Below are positions 1 through 10,616 of a DNA stretch of 64,000 bases, piece by piece. Positions within the stretch are counted from its first letter, which is position 1. Each line of letters opens with the position of its first letter. A program made the translations under genes and the position numbers. The DNA is from a bacterium (GTDB lineage Bacteria > Patescibacteriota > Minisyncoccia > Moranbacterales > DUUL01): contig JABGXP010000012.1 of assembly GCA_018675685.1 (NCBI GenBank), positions 11,596 through 75,595 on the forward strand, given 5' to 3'. The notes under the pieces were generated by a model, which did no database searches, was not told the origin of the DNA, and saw only the letters and a list, made by a program, of their open reading frames with translations.

Positions 1-1
1 T

Positions 2-1111
2 TTTGTTGCGAGAAGAAATGGTATCGCTTGTGAGGAATTTGGGATCGGTTTCCCTCCTAGAATTGCTGGTTTTTTTAAAGACAAAAAAGGGAAAAGAAGG
101 TGGGTGTTTGGAAATAAAAAAATCGAAGAAGCAATCAAAGAGAAGGACGAGACTGTCTATTCTTTAAACTTAATTCCAATCGGAGGATTTGTTAGGATTA
201 AAGGAGAAGATGGTGAAGACAAAAACGCCCGTGATTCATTTGCAAGCCAGTCAATTTTTGTTAGATTTAAAGTTCTGTTTGCTGGAGTAGCAATGAATTT
301 TATTGTAGGCGCACTATTTTTTGGCTTCGCTTTTTACTTAGGTTTGCCAGAAGCAATTGGTGATGAAGATGTTGCTCCTAATGCAAAAGTTCAAATTTCT
401 GTTGTGGCAAAAGACTCGCCTGCCTCCAAGGCAAAATTGCAGGTTGGAGATACCATTGTTTCAACATTAGAGAACGGGAAAGAAAAGGATGTTTCAAAAG
501 TTTCAAATATAAGAACTGCGACAGAGGAAAAGGGCGGTCAAAACATAGAACTCAAAATTCTGCATCCAGGAGAAGATGACCCGGTAGTAGTTTCAGTTTT
601 TGTTAGAAAAAAGGAGAATACCCCAGAAGGACAGGGAGCTATAGGAATTGAATTGCTAAGAACTTCTTTTGCAAAATATGGTTTTTTTCAATCGATGTGG
701 ATGGGGGTTGAAACAACCGGACGAATCGTTGTAGCAATTTTCCAATTCCTTGGAGATTTGATTGTTAGATTATTCACGCCAAAGCCAATGGTTGCAGATG
801 TTGCTGGTCCAGTCGGAATTGCTGTAATGACGGGACAGGTGGCTAAGATGGGTCTAGCGTTCACTTTACAATTTGTTGCGATGTTATCAGTTAATTTAGC
901 TGTTATCAATCTTTTACCCCTGCCAGCCTTAGACGGAGGAAGGATACTCTTTTTGATTATTGAAAAAATAAAAGGGAAACCAGTAAGTGAAAAATTTGAA
1001 GGGATAGTTCATACGGCAGGATTTATTTTTTTGATGTCTTTAATGATACTTGTGACAATCAAAGACTTCAAAACATTCGAGATTATCCAGAAAATAAAAG
1101 ATCTATTCTAA
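2..1111 (+). CDS. rseP: RseP-like site-2 protease (M50 zinc metalloprotease with PDZ domain). 5'-partial: the reading frame is open back to the window edge.
   Basis: The frame is open from position 2 and reads FVARRNGIACEEFGIGFPPRIAGF, which matches the region just after the HExxH helix of RseP. A PDZ-like segment and the C-terminal LLPLPALDGGRIL motif follow. The GTG at 104 listed in the ORF track is internal. Confidence 0.8.
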   Translation, partial: FVARRNGIACEEFGIGFPPRIAGFFKDKKGKRRWVFGNKKIEEAIKEKDETVYSLNLIPIGGFVRIKGEDGEDKNARDSFASQSIFVRFKVLFAGVAMNFIVGALFFGFAFYLGLPEAIGDEDVAPNAKVQISVVAKDSPASKAKLQVGDTIVSTLENGKEKDVSKVSNIRTATEEKGGQNIELKILHPGEDDPVVVSVFVRKKENTPEGQGAIGIELLRTSFAKYGFFQSMWMGVETTGRIVVAIFQFLGDLIVRLFTPKPMVADVAGPVGIAVMTGQVAKMGLAFTLQFVAMLSVNLAVINLLPLPALDGGRILFLIIEKIKGKPVSEKFEGIVHTAGFIFLMSLMILVTIKDFKTFEIIQKIKDLF

Positions 1112-1132
1112 TATCACGAGTTACTTGCTTTG

Positions 1133-1180
1133 ACACACCCTGATTTATCCTCTAAGATAAGGATAATTGGGGTGTTTTTT
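1133..1180 (+). terminator. Rho-independent terminator after rseP
   Basis: ACACACCC ... GGGGTGT stem with an inner TATCCT/AGGATA palindrome, followed by T6. Confidence 0.6.
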
Positions 1181-1276
1181 AGTGAAAAAAGTTAATGAAC
1201 CGTGCTTTATCAGCAAAGAATACTCAGAATAAAGGTGAAATATTTGAAAATAAACTAACATAAACTATAGAAATTT

Positions 1277-2977
1277 ATGCGTCAATCTAGATTATTTGGA
1301 AAAACCTCTAAAACAATTTCAAAAGATTTGAAAGTAGCTAGTCATAAATACTTACACCAAGGTGGATTTATTAGGGAATCTGTCGCTGGTAGGTATTATT
1401 TTTTACCACTCGGGATTAGAGTGAGAGACAAGATTGCTAAAATTATCGAGGATGAAATGAATAAAGCTGGTGCTCAAAAAATGATCACACCAACATTGCA
1501 CCCACTTGAGCTTTGGAAAGAGACTAATAGAACCGACACTGCTGGATTTGAATTAATGACACTTGAAGATCGTCGTGGTTCAGCCTTCGCTCTTGGGGGA
1601 ACTGCGGAAGAAATGATTGTGGATTTAGTCCGTGGTTATAATATAAGTTACAAGGATTTACCCTTTAATATCTATCAATTTTCTTCAAAATTTCGTGATG
1701 AATTACGTGCGAGAGGAGGTTTATTGCGAGTGCGAGAGTTTGTTATGAAAGATGGGTATTCTTTTCATTCAAATGAGGAATGTTTCAAAAAAGAATATAG
1801 AGTGATGTGGGACACATATACGCGCATTTTTGAGCAATTAGGGATGAAATCTTATGCAGTAGAAGCCGATAACGGATATATTGGTGGAGATTATTGCCAT
1901 GAGTTTGTTGTGGAGTGTGATGCTGGTGAAAGCGTTTTCTTTGTTTCAGAAGATGAAAAATATGTTGCTCATGAAGATGTGGCTAAGTTTAAAAGAGAGG
2001 AGATGAACTCTGAAGATGAAATAAAGGATTTTGAGGTTGTTGAACAACCAGAGTGGGTAAAGACGATGGAGGACGTCAAGAAGCACTACGATTTGCCAAC
2101 TTGGAGGTTCTTGAAGAATGTTGTATACCGAAATCGTGTTTCAGAGGAAATCATAATTGCAACAATAAGGGGTGATTTGGAAATCAACAAGACTAAGCTA
2201 GAACAAGTGCTTGATATGGTAGGAACACTGGAGGACGCAACAGAGAAAGACCTTGCTTCAATTGAAACTAAGACAGGATATGTTCATGCCTGGGGACACG
2301 AGAAATGCAGATATATTGGCGATCTATCTTTATGGACTGTAAAGAATTTCATTGGTGGTCAGAAAGAAGAAAAAACAGACTCAATTAATGTTAATTACGG
2401 AAGAGATTTTGAGCATGAGATTACCGCTGATATTGCAATGGCAAAAAACGATTTCTTAACAGAAGATGGCAAGCAAAAACTGAAACGAAAAAAAGGAGTA
2501 GAAGTGGGGAATATATTTCAACTTGGAAAACATTATTCTTCAAAAATGAATGCCACTTTCGTTGACGCCAAAGGAGAACAACAACAGTATTATATGGGTT
2601 GTTATGGCATTGGACTGGGAAGAAATATGGCAACTATAGTTGAGAAAAATCATGATGATAAAGGAATTATTTGGCCAGAGAAGGTCGCTCCTTTTAAGGT
2701 TCATTTGATCGGAATTGCAAATAAAGATGAATCTGTCCAAAAAGAAATAGACGAATTTTACAAAGAGCTGCAAGAGAAGGGCGTAGAAGTGCTATATGAT
2801 GATAGAGATATCAACCCGGGTGGTAAATTTGCAGACGCTGACATCATCGGATGTCCTTATCGAATTGTGATTAGCCAAAAAACAATCAAGGATGGGAAGA
2901 TTGAACTAAAAAGGCGAAAAGAAGATGACGTTAAAATGATTTTAAAGGAAGAATTATTAACAGAATTGTTGAAATAA
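1277..2977 (+). CDS. proS: prolyl-tRNA synthetase (bacterial type, class II)
   Basis: N-terminus MRQSRLFGKT...HQGGFIRESVAGRYYFLPLGIRV matches bacterial ProRS; class II motifs are present; an anticodon-binding domain lies at the C-terminus. Confidence 0.9.
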   Translation: MRQSRLFGKTSKTISKDLKVASHKYLHQGGFIRESVAGRYYFLPLGIRVRDKIAKIIEDEMNKAGAQKMITPTLHPLELWKETNRTDTAGFELMTLEDRRGSAFALGGTAEEMIVDLVRGYNISYKDLPFNIYQFSSKFRDELRARGGLLRVREFVMKDGYSFHSNEECFKKEYRVMWDTYTRIFEQLGMKSYAVEADNGYIGGDYCHEFVVECDAGESVFFVSEDEKYVAHEDVAKFKREEMNSEDEIKDFEVVEQPEWVKTMEDVKKHYDLPTWRFLKNVVYRNRVSEEIIIATIRGDLEINKTKLEQVLDMVGTLEDATEKDLASIETKTGYVHAWGHEKCRYIGDLSLWTVKNFIGGQKEEKTDSINVNYGRDFEHEITADIAMAKNDFLTEDGKQKLKRKKGVEVGNIFQLGKHYSSKMNATFVDAKGEQQQYYMGCYGIGLGRNMATIVEKNHDDKGIIWPEKVAPFKVHLIGIANKDESVQKEIDEFYKELQEKGVEVLYDDRDINPGGKFADADIIGCPYRIVISQKTIKDGKIELKRRKEDDVKMILKEELLTELLK

Positions 2978-2981
2978 AAAT

Positions 2982-3299
2982 ATGATAAAGCATTTATCAG
3001 CAGAGGAATATAAAGAGCTTATCGAAAGTAAGAATGTTTGGAATCTCGATATAAGGGAGGGATATGAGTTCAACGAAGAACGTATTGAGGGAGCGAGACT
3101 TGTTCCTTCGACAAAATTTGAGGATATTTTTGAAGAGCTGAAGATAAAAAAAAGTGAAAAAATCGCGGTATATTGCAGGAGTGGTGCCAGAAGCGCTTTC
3201 ATTGCCCAGAAACTTAGCGATAAGGGCTATGAAAATATTTTTAACCTAGAACTAGGACTGATTGACTGGAAAAAGAATGGTTTTAATGTTGAGAAATAA
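2982..3299 (+). CDS. rhodanese-like sulfurtransferase domain protein
   Basis: Active-site-like CRSGARS loop in a ~105-aa single-domain protein. Confidence 0.7.
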   Translation: MIKHLSAEEYKELIESKNVWNLDIREGYEFNEERIEGARLVPSTKFEDIFEELKIKKSEKIAVYCRSGARSAFIAQKLSDKGYENIFNLELGLIDWKKNGFNVEK

Positions 3300-3364
3300 T
3301 TTTTTGTAGAGGAGGCGTAAGTGTTGTGAGAAAGAAAGTCTAATAAAGTCGAAATAAAAAGAAT

Positions 3365-4417
3365 ATGTGGAATAAAATTTTCGGGAAGATCTCACAGGAT
3401 ATCGGAATAGATCTAGGAACAGCTAATACGTTGGTCTATGTCAAAGGAAAGGGTATTGTTATTAATGAGCCATCCGTGGTTGCTGTTAATAAAAGAACCG
3501 GACAAATTTTAGCGATTGGAAAAGAAGCAAGAAAAATGGTTGGGAAAACTCCAGGTCACATTGTAGTTTCGCGCCCCTTAGTAGACGGGGTTATTTCTGA
3601 CTTTGAAACAACAGAACAGATGTTGAAATATTTTATTCAAAAAGTTCATGCCGATACTTTCACTCTTCTACCAAGACCCAGGGTTGTAGTCGGAGTGCCT
3701 TCTGGTGTCACTGAAGTTGAAAAGAGAGCTGTGTTTGACGCCACAATCAGTGCAGGTGCAAGGGAGGCGTTCCTTATCGATGAGCCAATGGCTGCATCAA
3801 TTGGAGCACGTTTGCCAGTTCAAGATGCAGCTGGTAATATGATTGTTGACATTGGAGGAGGGACAACTGAAGTAGCTGTGATTTCCTTAGGAGGCGTCGT
3901 TACTAGCCGAAGTTTAAGAATAGCTGGGGATGAAATGAATGAGGATGTGATCCGCTTTGCACGTGATAAACACAACCTGCTTTTAGGAGAGAGAAGCGCA
4001 GAAGATATTAAGATCGCGATTGGAAGTGCCTATAAAATGGAAGATGAGCTAGAAATGACGATTCGTGGGCGAGACTTAATCAGTGGTTTACCAAAAGAAG
4101 TTATTATAAATGATTCGCAAATTAGAGAAGCTCTTTCCCGATCTATAAAAATTATTGTTAACAATATCAAATCTGCAGTTGAAGAAACACCCCCAGAATT
4201 GGTTGGGGACATTATGCAAAGAGGAATTATATTAGCTGGGGGAGGGGGATTAATTAGAGGACTCGATCGATTGATCGCGGAGCAAACTGAGATGCCAGTT
4301 AAGAGAATGGAAGATCCGTTAACAGCGGTTGTTCGGGGCACGGGAATAGTACTAGAGAATCTCGATGAACTAAGAGATGTTTTGATAGAATCCAGTGATG
4401 ATAAAAAACTTCGATAA
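3365..4417 (+). CDS. mreB: rod shape-determining protein MreB (actin-like ATPase)
   Basis: IGIDLGTANTLVYV phosphate-1 motif and DIGGGTTEVAVIS; length 350 aa. Confidence 0.95.
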   Translation: MWNKIFGKISQDIGIDLGTANTLVYVKGKGIVINEPSVVAVNKRTGQILAIGKEARKMVGKTPGHIVVSRPLVDGVISDFETTEQMLKYFIQKVHADTFTLLPRPRVVVGVPSGVTEVEKRAVFDATISAGAREAFLIDEPMAASIGARLPVQDAAGNMIVDIGGGTTEVAVISLGGVVTSRSLRIAGDEMNEDVIRFARDKHNLLLGERSAEDIKIAIGSAYKMEDELEMTIRGRDLISGLPKEVIINDSQIREALSRSIKIIVNNIKSAVEETPPELVGDIMQRGIILAGGGGLIRGLDRLIAEQTEMPVKRMEDPLTAVVRGTGIVLENLDELRDVLIESSDDKKLR

Positions 4418-4449
4418 TTTGATTCGATGTTTAACCAAAATAAAATAAT

Positions 4450-5259
4450 ATGAAATTGTCTAAAAAAAGCAATTTGATTGTCTTACTTACAGTTATTTTG
4501 GTTGCACTCGTACTGATGTTTATCGGGAGAAATGCTAAAAATAAGCCATTTGAAGGTCCAGTGCGTAGAGTGACAACTCCGGTCGCTGGTTTTTTTTCCG
4601 GAATTGGCGTATGGGCTGATGATAAATTTTCCTTCCTAACTGAGATTGGAAATTTAAAAAAACAGAACCGAGAATTATTCGAGGAGAATTCTAAGATAAA
4701 AAGCCGCCTTGCAAAACTAGATGGAGTTGAAAAAGAAAACACAGAATTGAGAAAACAGATTGATCTAGCCCCAAAAGAGAAATATATATTGATCAGTAGT
4801 TTGGTGATAGGAAAAGATTTAAGAAATCAAGAAGAGACAATCCATTTAAATCGAGGAAGGAAGGATGGAATTAAAACTCAAATGGCCGTAATTGTTGACG
4901 AAGGAATCTTAGTGGGAAGGGTCTCAAAGGTTTTTGAGACATCATGCGATGTGGAATTATTGATAAATAGAAATTCCAAAATCAACGCAGAAATTATCCG
5001 TACCGAGACGAAAGGAATCGCAAGGGGACAATTTGGAACTTCAATCGTCTTAGACATGATTCCTCAAACAGTGAAAATAGAACATGGAGACTCTGTTGTA
5101 ACTTCAGGTATAGGAGGTTTATTACCCAGAGGTCTTTTGATTGGTTATGCTCAAGATGCATCGCCGACTCCAGACCAACTTTTTCAGAAAACTTCGCTAA
5201 TTTTACCTTTCCAACTTGATGAACTTAGAATGGTTTGGGTTGTGGAAGGAAAGAAATAA
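4450..5259 (+). CDS. mreC: rod shape-determining protein MreC
   Basis: Position directly after mreB; N-terminal TM segment, coiled-coil region and C-terminal beta domain. Confidence 0.8.
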   Translation: MKLSKKSNLIVLLTVILVALVLMFIGRNAKNKPFEGPVRRVTTPVAGFFSGIGVWADDKFSFLTEIGNLKKQNRELFEENSKIKSRLAKLDGVEKENTELRKQIDLAPKEKYILISSLVIGKDLRNQEETIHLNRGRKDGIKTQMAVIVDEGILVGRVSKVFETSCDVELLINRNSKINAEIIRTETKGIARGQFGTSIVLDMIPQTVKIEHGDSVVTSGIGGLLPRGLLIGYAQDASPTPDQLFQKTSLILPFQLDELRMVWVVEGKK

Positions 5260-5264
5260 ACGGT

Positions 5265-5798
5265 ATGAAGAAAACAATTTTTTTACTTATCTTACTTATA
5301 TTTTTTGCGCAGTATTCACTTTTGTCTATGATTGGTGGTGCCAAAAACATAAGTCAGGGAATATTACTAACCCTTCTTTTAGTTGTTTTTCTTCGTAGAA
5401 ATTACTTGGAAAATATCGGATGGGCTTTGTTTGGAGGCTTGTTAACTGATTATTTCTCTAGCGTCCCTTTCGGCTTTAACGTTATAAATTTTACTGTTTT
5501 AGTTTTTGCAATGGATGTTTTAAAACAAAAAATTGCTTTAAAGGAAATGCACTTTTCCATTGTTGCATTCGTAGTTTTCTTGGGACTGATTTTGTCTAAT
5601 TTGTTGGCTATGTCGTTTTCTAGTATTCTTAGTGTAGTTAAGATTACAGCGCAAATTTCATCAATTGATTTCTCTGTGCAATTTATTATAATCAATGCAT
5701 CTTTAGCTATAATAGGTTTTTTATTTTACAGATTGGTATTGATTATTGAAAAAGTTTTTGGTATTGGAGCTATGGAAATTAAAATAGACAAATTGTGA
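5265..5798 (+). CDS. mreD: MreD-like polytopic membrane protein
   Basis: Hydrophobic ~178-aa protein immediately downstream of mreC. Start chosen at the in-frame ATG at 5265, after the mreC stop. Confidence 0.55.
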   Translation: MKKTIFLLILLIFFAQYSLLSMIGGAKNISQGILLTLLLVVFLRRNYLENIGWALFGGLLTDYFSSVPFGFNVINFTVLVFAMDVLKQKIALKEMHFSIVAFVVFLGLILSNLLAMSFSSILSVVKITAQISSIDFSVQFIIINASLAIIGFLFYRLVLIIEKVFGIGAMEIKIDKL

Positions 5799-7774
5799 TG
5801 TTTGGCAAGAAAAAAAGTTTTACAGACAGAGATTTTGATATTGAAAATCCTTTAGAATATGTTTCAGAGGATGCTGATTTTAATTTTGAAGATGACGAGA
5901 AAGAGATTAATGTTACGAGTTGCGATAAAAATTTATTATGGATTGCAATTTCCTTCTTACTCATAATATTGTGCGCAAGAACTTTTTATTTGCAGGTAGC
6001 CAAAGGTCCTTATTACAAGGAGATTGCTGAAAACAATAGAGTAAGAGAAGTTGTGATAAAAGCTCCGAGAGGGATTATTCGTGATAAATACGGTGAAGTT
6101 CTAGCTAGAAATATTCCAAGTTTTGAAGTTGTTTTTGTCCCCTTGAATTTGCCAGAGAACGAAAGTACCTGGAAAGTCTTAACTGCAAAACTAGGTGAAC
6201 TTTTGGGGCCAGAACTTAACCAAGAGGAGTTATTTTTGCAAATGATGCAAGCGTCTAAAGTTGATAGGAGAAGCTATCTTATTCAAAAAAATGTGGAGAG
6301 AGATAAGGCATTCGAGATTATTGAGAGGTCAGTTGAATTTCCTGGCATTTACATTGGGAAAACTGCAAGAAGGGAATATGTGGAAGGAGAAATTTTTTCA
6401 AAAGTAATCGGATATGATGGGAAGATTACCAAGGAGGAGTTAAAGGAGAATCCAACATATTTAATGACTGACTATATTGGAAAAAGTGGGATCGAATATA
6501 GCTATGAAGATAATTTGCATGGGAAGCACGGGATGCGTCGTTTTGAGGTTGATGCAACAGGGAACATCAAAGAGGATTTAGGCGAAGTAGTTCCAATTGC
6601 TGGTGACGAGCTAATTTTGCACATTGATGCTGAATTACAAAAAGAGATCACAAAGATAGCAGAAAAGACATTGGTCGATAATAAGGATGCAACAGGTATA
6701 GCAGTTGTAGCACTCGATCCTCGAACAGGAGGTGTTAGAGCCTTGGTTAGTTTGCCATCATTCGATAACAATATGTTTGCGCGCGGGATTTCTAATAGTG
6801 AATATGCCGAATTGATTAATAGCAATAAAAAACCTCTTTTAAACAGAGCTATAAAAGGAGAGTATCCACCAGGGTCTCCATATAAAATCATGATGGCTGC
6901 TGCTGCACTGGAGGAGGGTGTTGTGACAGAGCATACAAGTATTAATTGCGGAGGAGCAATTCACGTTGGTGCTTGGCCTTTTCCTGACTGGAAAACACAT
7001 GGTAGTACTGACGTTAGAAAAGCAATTGCTCAGAGTTGTGATGTTTTCTTCTATACAGTAGCCGGTGGCTGGGGAGATATTGGTGGGCTTGGAATTAAGC
7101 GTATGGAAATTTATGCGAAAATGTTTGGATATGGCGAAGTAACAGGAATTGATCTACCTGGAGAAGAAAATGGCAATGTCCCAAGCGGGGACTGGAAATT
7201 TAAGCGATTTGGTGAAAAGTGGTACATAGGTGATAGTTACCATGCTGCTATTGGGCAGGGCTATGTCACAACAACTCCTTTGCAGGTTGTCCAGTCAATC
7301 TCCGTGATTGCAAATGGGGGTAAATTGATCCGCCCTAAAGTTGTTGATAAAATTTTACACCCTGACGGTGAAGAAGAAGTACTATTGTCAGAAATAATTA
7401 CAAAACAAGTTGTTTCCAAAAAAACTGTAGAGATTGTTCGAGATGGGATGAAGGACACTGTATATTCAGTAGGAGGCTCTGGCGCGAGCTTGAGAAGTCT
7501 CAAAGTTGAGAGTGCTGGAAAAACAGGAACGTCACAGTTTGGAAATGAAGATAAATTACATTCTTGGTATGCTTCATTTGCGCCATTTGAGAACCCAGAA
7601 TTAGCAATGATAGTTTTAGTTGAAGGTGGAGGAGAGGGGCACACTTGGGCAGTGCCGATTACAAAAGAAACATATGAATGGTATTTTGATAGAAAGCGGG
7701 GAGAGATTGAGAAAGAGGGGGTTAATAGAACAAAGGAGGAAATCGAAGAAGAGATTATGGAAGAGGAGGTTTAA
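5795..7774 (+). CDS. mrdA: penicillin-binding protein 2 (peptidoglycan D,D-transpeptidase)
   Basis: N-terminal TM segment; SxxK-like GSPYK motif; KTGT motif (AGKTGTSQ); placed after mreCD. Confidence 0.85.
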   Translation: MMFGKKKSFTDRDFDIENPLEYVSEDADFNFEDDEKEINVTSCDKNLLWIAISFLLIILCARTFYLQVAKGPYYKEIAENNRVREVVIKAPRGIIRDKYGEVLARNIPSFEVVFVPLNLPENESTWKVLTAKLGELLGPELNQEELFLQMMQASKVDRRSYLIQKNVERDKAFEIIERSVEFPGIYIGKTARREYVEGEIFSKVIGYDGKITKEELKENPTYLMTDYIGKSGIEYSYEDNLHGKHGMRRFEVDATGNIKEDLGEVVPIAGDELILHIDAELQKEITKIAEKTLVDNKDATGIAVVALDPRTGGVRALVSLPSFDNNMFARGISNSEYAELINSNKKPLLNRAIKGEYPPGSPYKIMMAAAALEEGVVTEHTSINCGGAIHVGAWPFPDWKTHGSTDVRKAIAQSCDVFFYTVAGGWGDIGGLGIKRMEIYAKMFGYGEVTGIDLPGEENGNVPSGDWKFKRFGEKWYIGDSYHAAIGQGYVTTTPLQVVQSISVIANGGKLIRPKVVDKILHPDGEEEVLLSEIITKQVVSKKTVEIVRDGMKDTVYSVGGSGASLRSLKVESAGKTGTSQFGNEDKLHSWYASFAPFENPELAMIVLVEGGGEGHTWAVPITKETYEWYFDRKRGEIEKEGVNRTKEEIEEEIMEEEV

Positions 7775-7810
7775 AGTTATTTTTTGTATAATATTTTAAC
7801 TTAAAGATAT

Positions 7811-8527
7811 ATGTCAGGACACTCTAAATGGTCAACAATTAAACATAAAAAGGCAGCTTTAGACGCAAAACGATCTAATGTTTTTACGAAACTCGCAAAG
7901 GACATTTCTGTCGCAGCTCGTGAAGGTGGAGATCCAGATATGAACTTCAAATTGCGAATGGCAATGGACCGAGCTCGGAGTTCAAATATGCCTAAGGATA
8001 ATATTGAACGAGCAATAAAGGCTGGGACGGGGGAGAACAAAGATGGTGTTATTATCGAAGAACTTATTTATGAAGGCTATGGCCCTGAGCAAGTTGCAAT
8101 TTTGATTAAGACTGCAACTGATAATAAAAATAGAACTCTTTCTGAGGTTAGAAATGCATTAAATAAGAACGGTGGGAAAATGGTTGAGGGCGGCAGCGTG
8201 AGTTGGCAATTTTCGCAAGTTGGAGTTCTGGAGATCGAAAAATCAAAAATAAAGGACGAAGAGTTAGAAATGATCTTTATCGAAGCTAATGTAAATGATT
8301 ACAAAAAAGAAGAAGATGGTTGGGTTGTATACACAGAAATGACAGATCTTCAGAAAGTAAAAGAGTCACTAGAAATCGCTGGCTTGAAAGTTCTAACTGC
8401 TTTTATTGGATATGTCGCAAAGGATACAATTGAAATAAGCGACAAGGCTCAAGAGAGTTATGAAAAGCTCCTAATGGCGCTTGATCAACAAGATGACGTT
8501 GTTGATATATTTGATAATTTAAATTAG
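7811..8527 (+). CDS. yebC: YebC/PmpR family DNA-binding regulator
   Basis: MSGHSKWSTIKHKKAALDAKR N-terminus is diagnostic for the YebC family. Confidence 0.9.
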   Translation: MSGHSKWSTIKHKKAALDAKRSNVFTKLAKDISVAAREGGDPDMNFKLRMAMDRARSSNMPKDNIERAIKAGTGENKDGVIIEELIYEGYGPEQVAILIKTATDNKNRTLSEVRNALNKNGGKMVEGGSVSWQFSQVGVLEIEKSKIKDEELEMIFIEANVNDYKKEEDGWVVYTEMTDLQKVKESLEIAGLKVLTAFIGYVAKDTIEISDKAQESYEKLLMALDQQDDVVDIFDNLN

Positions 8528-8530
8528 CAA

Positions 8531-9082
8531 TTGATATTTGGAATTAAAAGAGGAATAAAAAATAGAATGGAGAAATCAAAGAAAGGAATAACTATTCTAG
8601 GAATCGATCCTGGAACAGCAACAACTGGTTGGGGTGTAATTCGTGAAGTGGATGGAGACTGCCAACTTGTTGCATATGGAGCAATCGAAACCTCAAAAAA
8701 TAAAACAAACGTTAATAGGCTTAAGGAAATTGCAAATGACCTAGAGACATTAATTGCCACATATAAACCAGATGAAGCTGGCATTGAAGATTTGTTTTTT
8801 TGCAACAATGTTACAACAGCGATTAAAGTTGCTCAAGCAAGAGGTGTAATGCTTCTGGTTTGCGGTAGGGCAAAATTGCCGATTGGAGAGTATACACCAT
8901 TGCAGGTAAAACAAGCTCTAACTGGTTATGGGAGGGCAGACAAGGCTCAGGTCCAACAGATGGTCAAGGAGTTTTTGCGATTGAAGAAAATTCCAAAACC
9001 AGACGATGCAGCAGACGCTCTAGCTGTCGCAATTTGTCATCAAAGCTCTCGAAGAATAAAAAATCTTAATAAAATAGGTTAA
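8531..9082 (+). CDS. ruvC: crossover junction endodeoxyribonuclease RuvC
   Basis: ILGIDPGTATTGWGVI catalytic N-terminus. The true start may be the ATG at 8567 (MEKSKKG). Confidence 0.85.
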   Translation: MIFGIKRGIKNRMEKSKKGITILGIDPGTATTGWGVIREVDGDCQLVAYGAIETSKNKTNVNRLKEIANDLETLIATYKPDEAGIEDLFFCNNVTTAIKVAQARGVMLLVCGRAKLPIGEYTPLQVKQALTGYGRADKAQVQQMVKEFLRLKKIPKPDDAADALAVAICHQSSRRIKNLNKIG

Positions 9083-9175
9083 GCAGATTCTTTTAAGAGA
9101 AAGGAGTGCTTGTAAAAAGTTGAGCGATTGGATATACTGTATTATTGAAAATATGAAAAAGATATCACAAAAGAA

Positions 9176-10570
9176 ATGAATAAAATAGAAGAAAAAGGAA
9201 CATATAAAAAGAAAAAATCCACATCGCTTCACCGCGATCGTTTGCGTATGCCACCACATAACTCTGAAGCTGAAGAATCGGTCTTGGGATCAATTATGTT
9301 AGACAAGGACGCAATTATTAAAATTGCCGATCTTATTTCACCTAGTGATTTTTATAACGATAAAAACAGAATGATCTATGAGGTGGTTCAAGAACTTTAT
9401 AATGAGCAATTGCCCTTAGATATTTTAAATATCTCATCACGTTTAAAAGAAAAAAGTCTTTTAAAGACTGTCGGTGGTCGAAGTTATCTTACAGAGCTCA
9501 TTAACACCGTTCCAAGTGCTTCAAATGTTGTTTCCTATGCAAAGCTTGTTCAGAATAAATCTTCGTTGAGACGCTTAATTTCAGCCGCCTCTGATGTCGT
9601 TGAGATGGGGTATGAAGAATCTCGACCTATAGATGATATTATGGATAGTGCACAACAAAAACTTTTTGCGATTGCGCAAACTTCCACAAAACAAGAGTTT
9701 GCAAAGATCAACTCTTTACTGGAAAGTGCTTTTGTGAGAATTGATGATATGCACAAGAACAAAGATAAGTTCCGTGGAGTTGAAACTGGAATGCAAGATA
9801 TCGACAATCTTCTGTCAGGTTTACAGAAATCTGATTTAATTATTTTAGCTGCAAGACCTGCCATTGGAAAAACTTCTTTCGCATTGCAAATTGCTCGACA
9901 CGCTGCAGTAAAAACAAAGGCTGCGGTTGGTGTGTTTTCCTTGGAGATGTCCTCAGATCAATTAGTTGACAGGATGTTGAGCGCTGAAGCCAAAGTTAAT
10001 TTATGGGCACTACGAACAGGAAACTTGGATGAAGAGGATGATGATTTTCAGAAAATTGGTGATGCAATGGGGGTTTTATCTGAGGCACCAATTCACATTG
10101 ACGATAGTGCTACTGCTAATATTATGGAAATGAGAACCATGGCTAGACGTTTACAGTCTGAGCATGGCTTGGATCTATTAGTTATCGATTATTTGCAACT
10201 AATGGAGGGCCGGGGAAAGTCAGAATCTCGGGTGAATGAGATTTCAGAAATTTCTAGAGGATTAAAAAACCTTGCGAAAGAACTTAACGTACCAATTTTA
10301 GCTCTCTCTCAGCTTTCTCGTGCTGTGGAGTCACGAAGTCCGCAAATTCCAAAATTATCAGACCTAAGAGAGTCTGGTTCAATTGAGCAAGATGCTGATA
10401 TTGTGATGTTTTTATATCGTGAAGATCGAGAGAACCCTGACACAGAGAACAAAAATATTATTGAGGTTCATGTTGCAAAACACAGAAATGGTCCAACAGG
10501 TCAAGTCAGTTTATATTTCAATGAAGAATCAACATCTTTTCACGCATTGGACAAACATCATTCACAATAA
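9176..10570 (+). CDS. dnaB: replicative DNA helicase DnaB
   Basis: PHNSEAEESVLGSIMLD N-terminal motif; Walker A GKTSFALQIA; RecA-like core; 464 aa. Confidence 0.95.
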   Translation: MNKIEEKGTYKKKKSTSLHRDRLRMPPHNSEAEESVLGSIMLDKDAIIKIADLISPSDFYNDKNRMIYEVVQELYNEQLPLDILNISSRLKEKSLLKTVGGRSYLTELINTVPSASNVVSYAKLVQNKSSLRRLISAASDVVEMGYEESRPIDDIMDSAQQKLFAIAQTSTKQEFAKINSLLESAFVRIDDMHKNKDKFRGVETGMQDIDNLLSGLQKSDLIILAARPAIGKTSFALQIARHAAVKTKAAVGVFSLEMSSDQLVDRMLSAEAKVNLWALRTGNLDEEDDDFQKIGDAMGVLSEAPIHIDDSATANIMEMRTMARRLQSEHGLDLLVIDYLQLMEGRGKSESRVNEISEISRGLKNLAKELNVPILALSQLSRAVESRSPQIPKLSDLRESGSIEQDADIVMFLYREDRENPDTENKNIIEVHVAKHRNGPTGQVSLYFNEESTSFHALDKHHSQ

Positions 10571-10616
10571 AACTGGAAATAAATCAAACTAGCTTAATAA
10601 AAATAAAATTAAAACT

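Noticed and set aside
2-103. GTG at 104 given as the rseP start
   Set aside because: The same frame is open back to position 2 and encodes the conserved RseP segment after the HExxH helix. The gene is 5'-truncated by the window edge, not started at 104.
4030-4341. Multiple 60-130-aa antisense or overlapping ORFs inside mreB, PBP2, proS, valS, dnaB and others in the ORF track
   Set aside because: They lie entirely inside well-supported genes on the opposite strand and have low-complexity translations and no start context. Typical of shadow ORFs.
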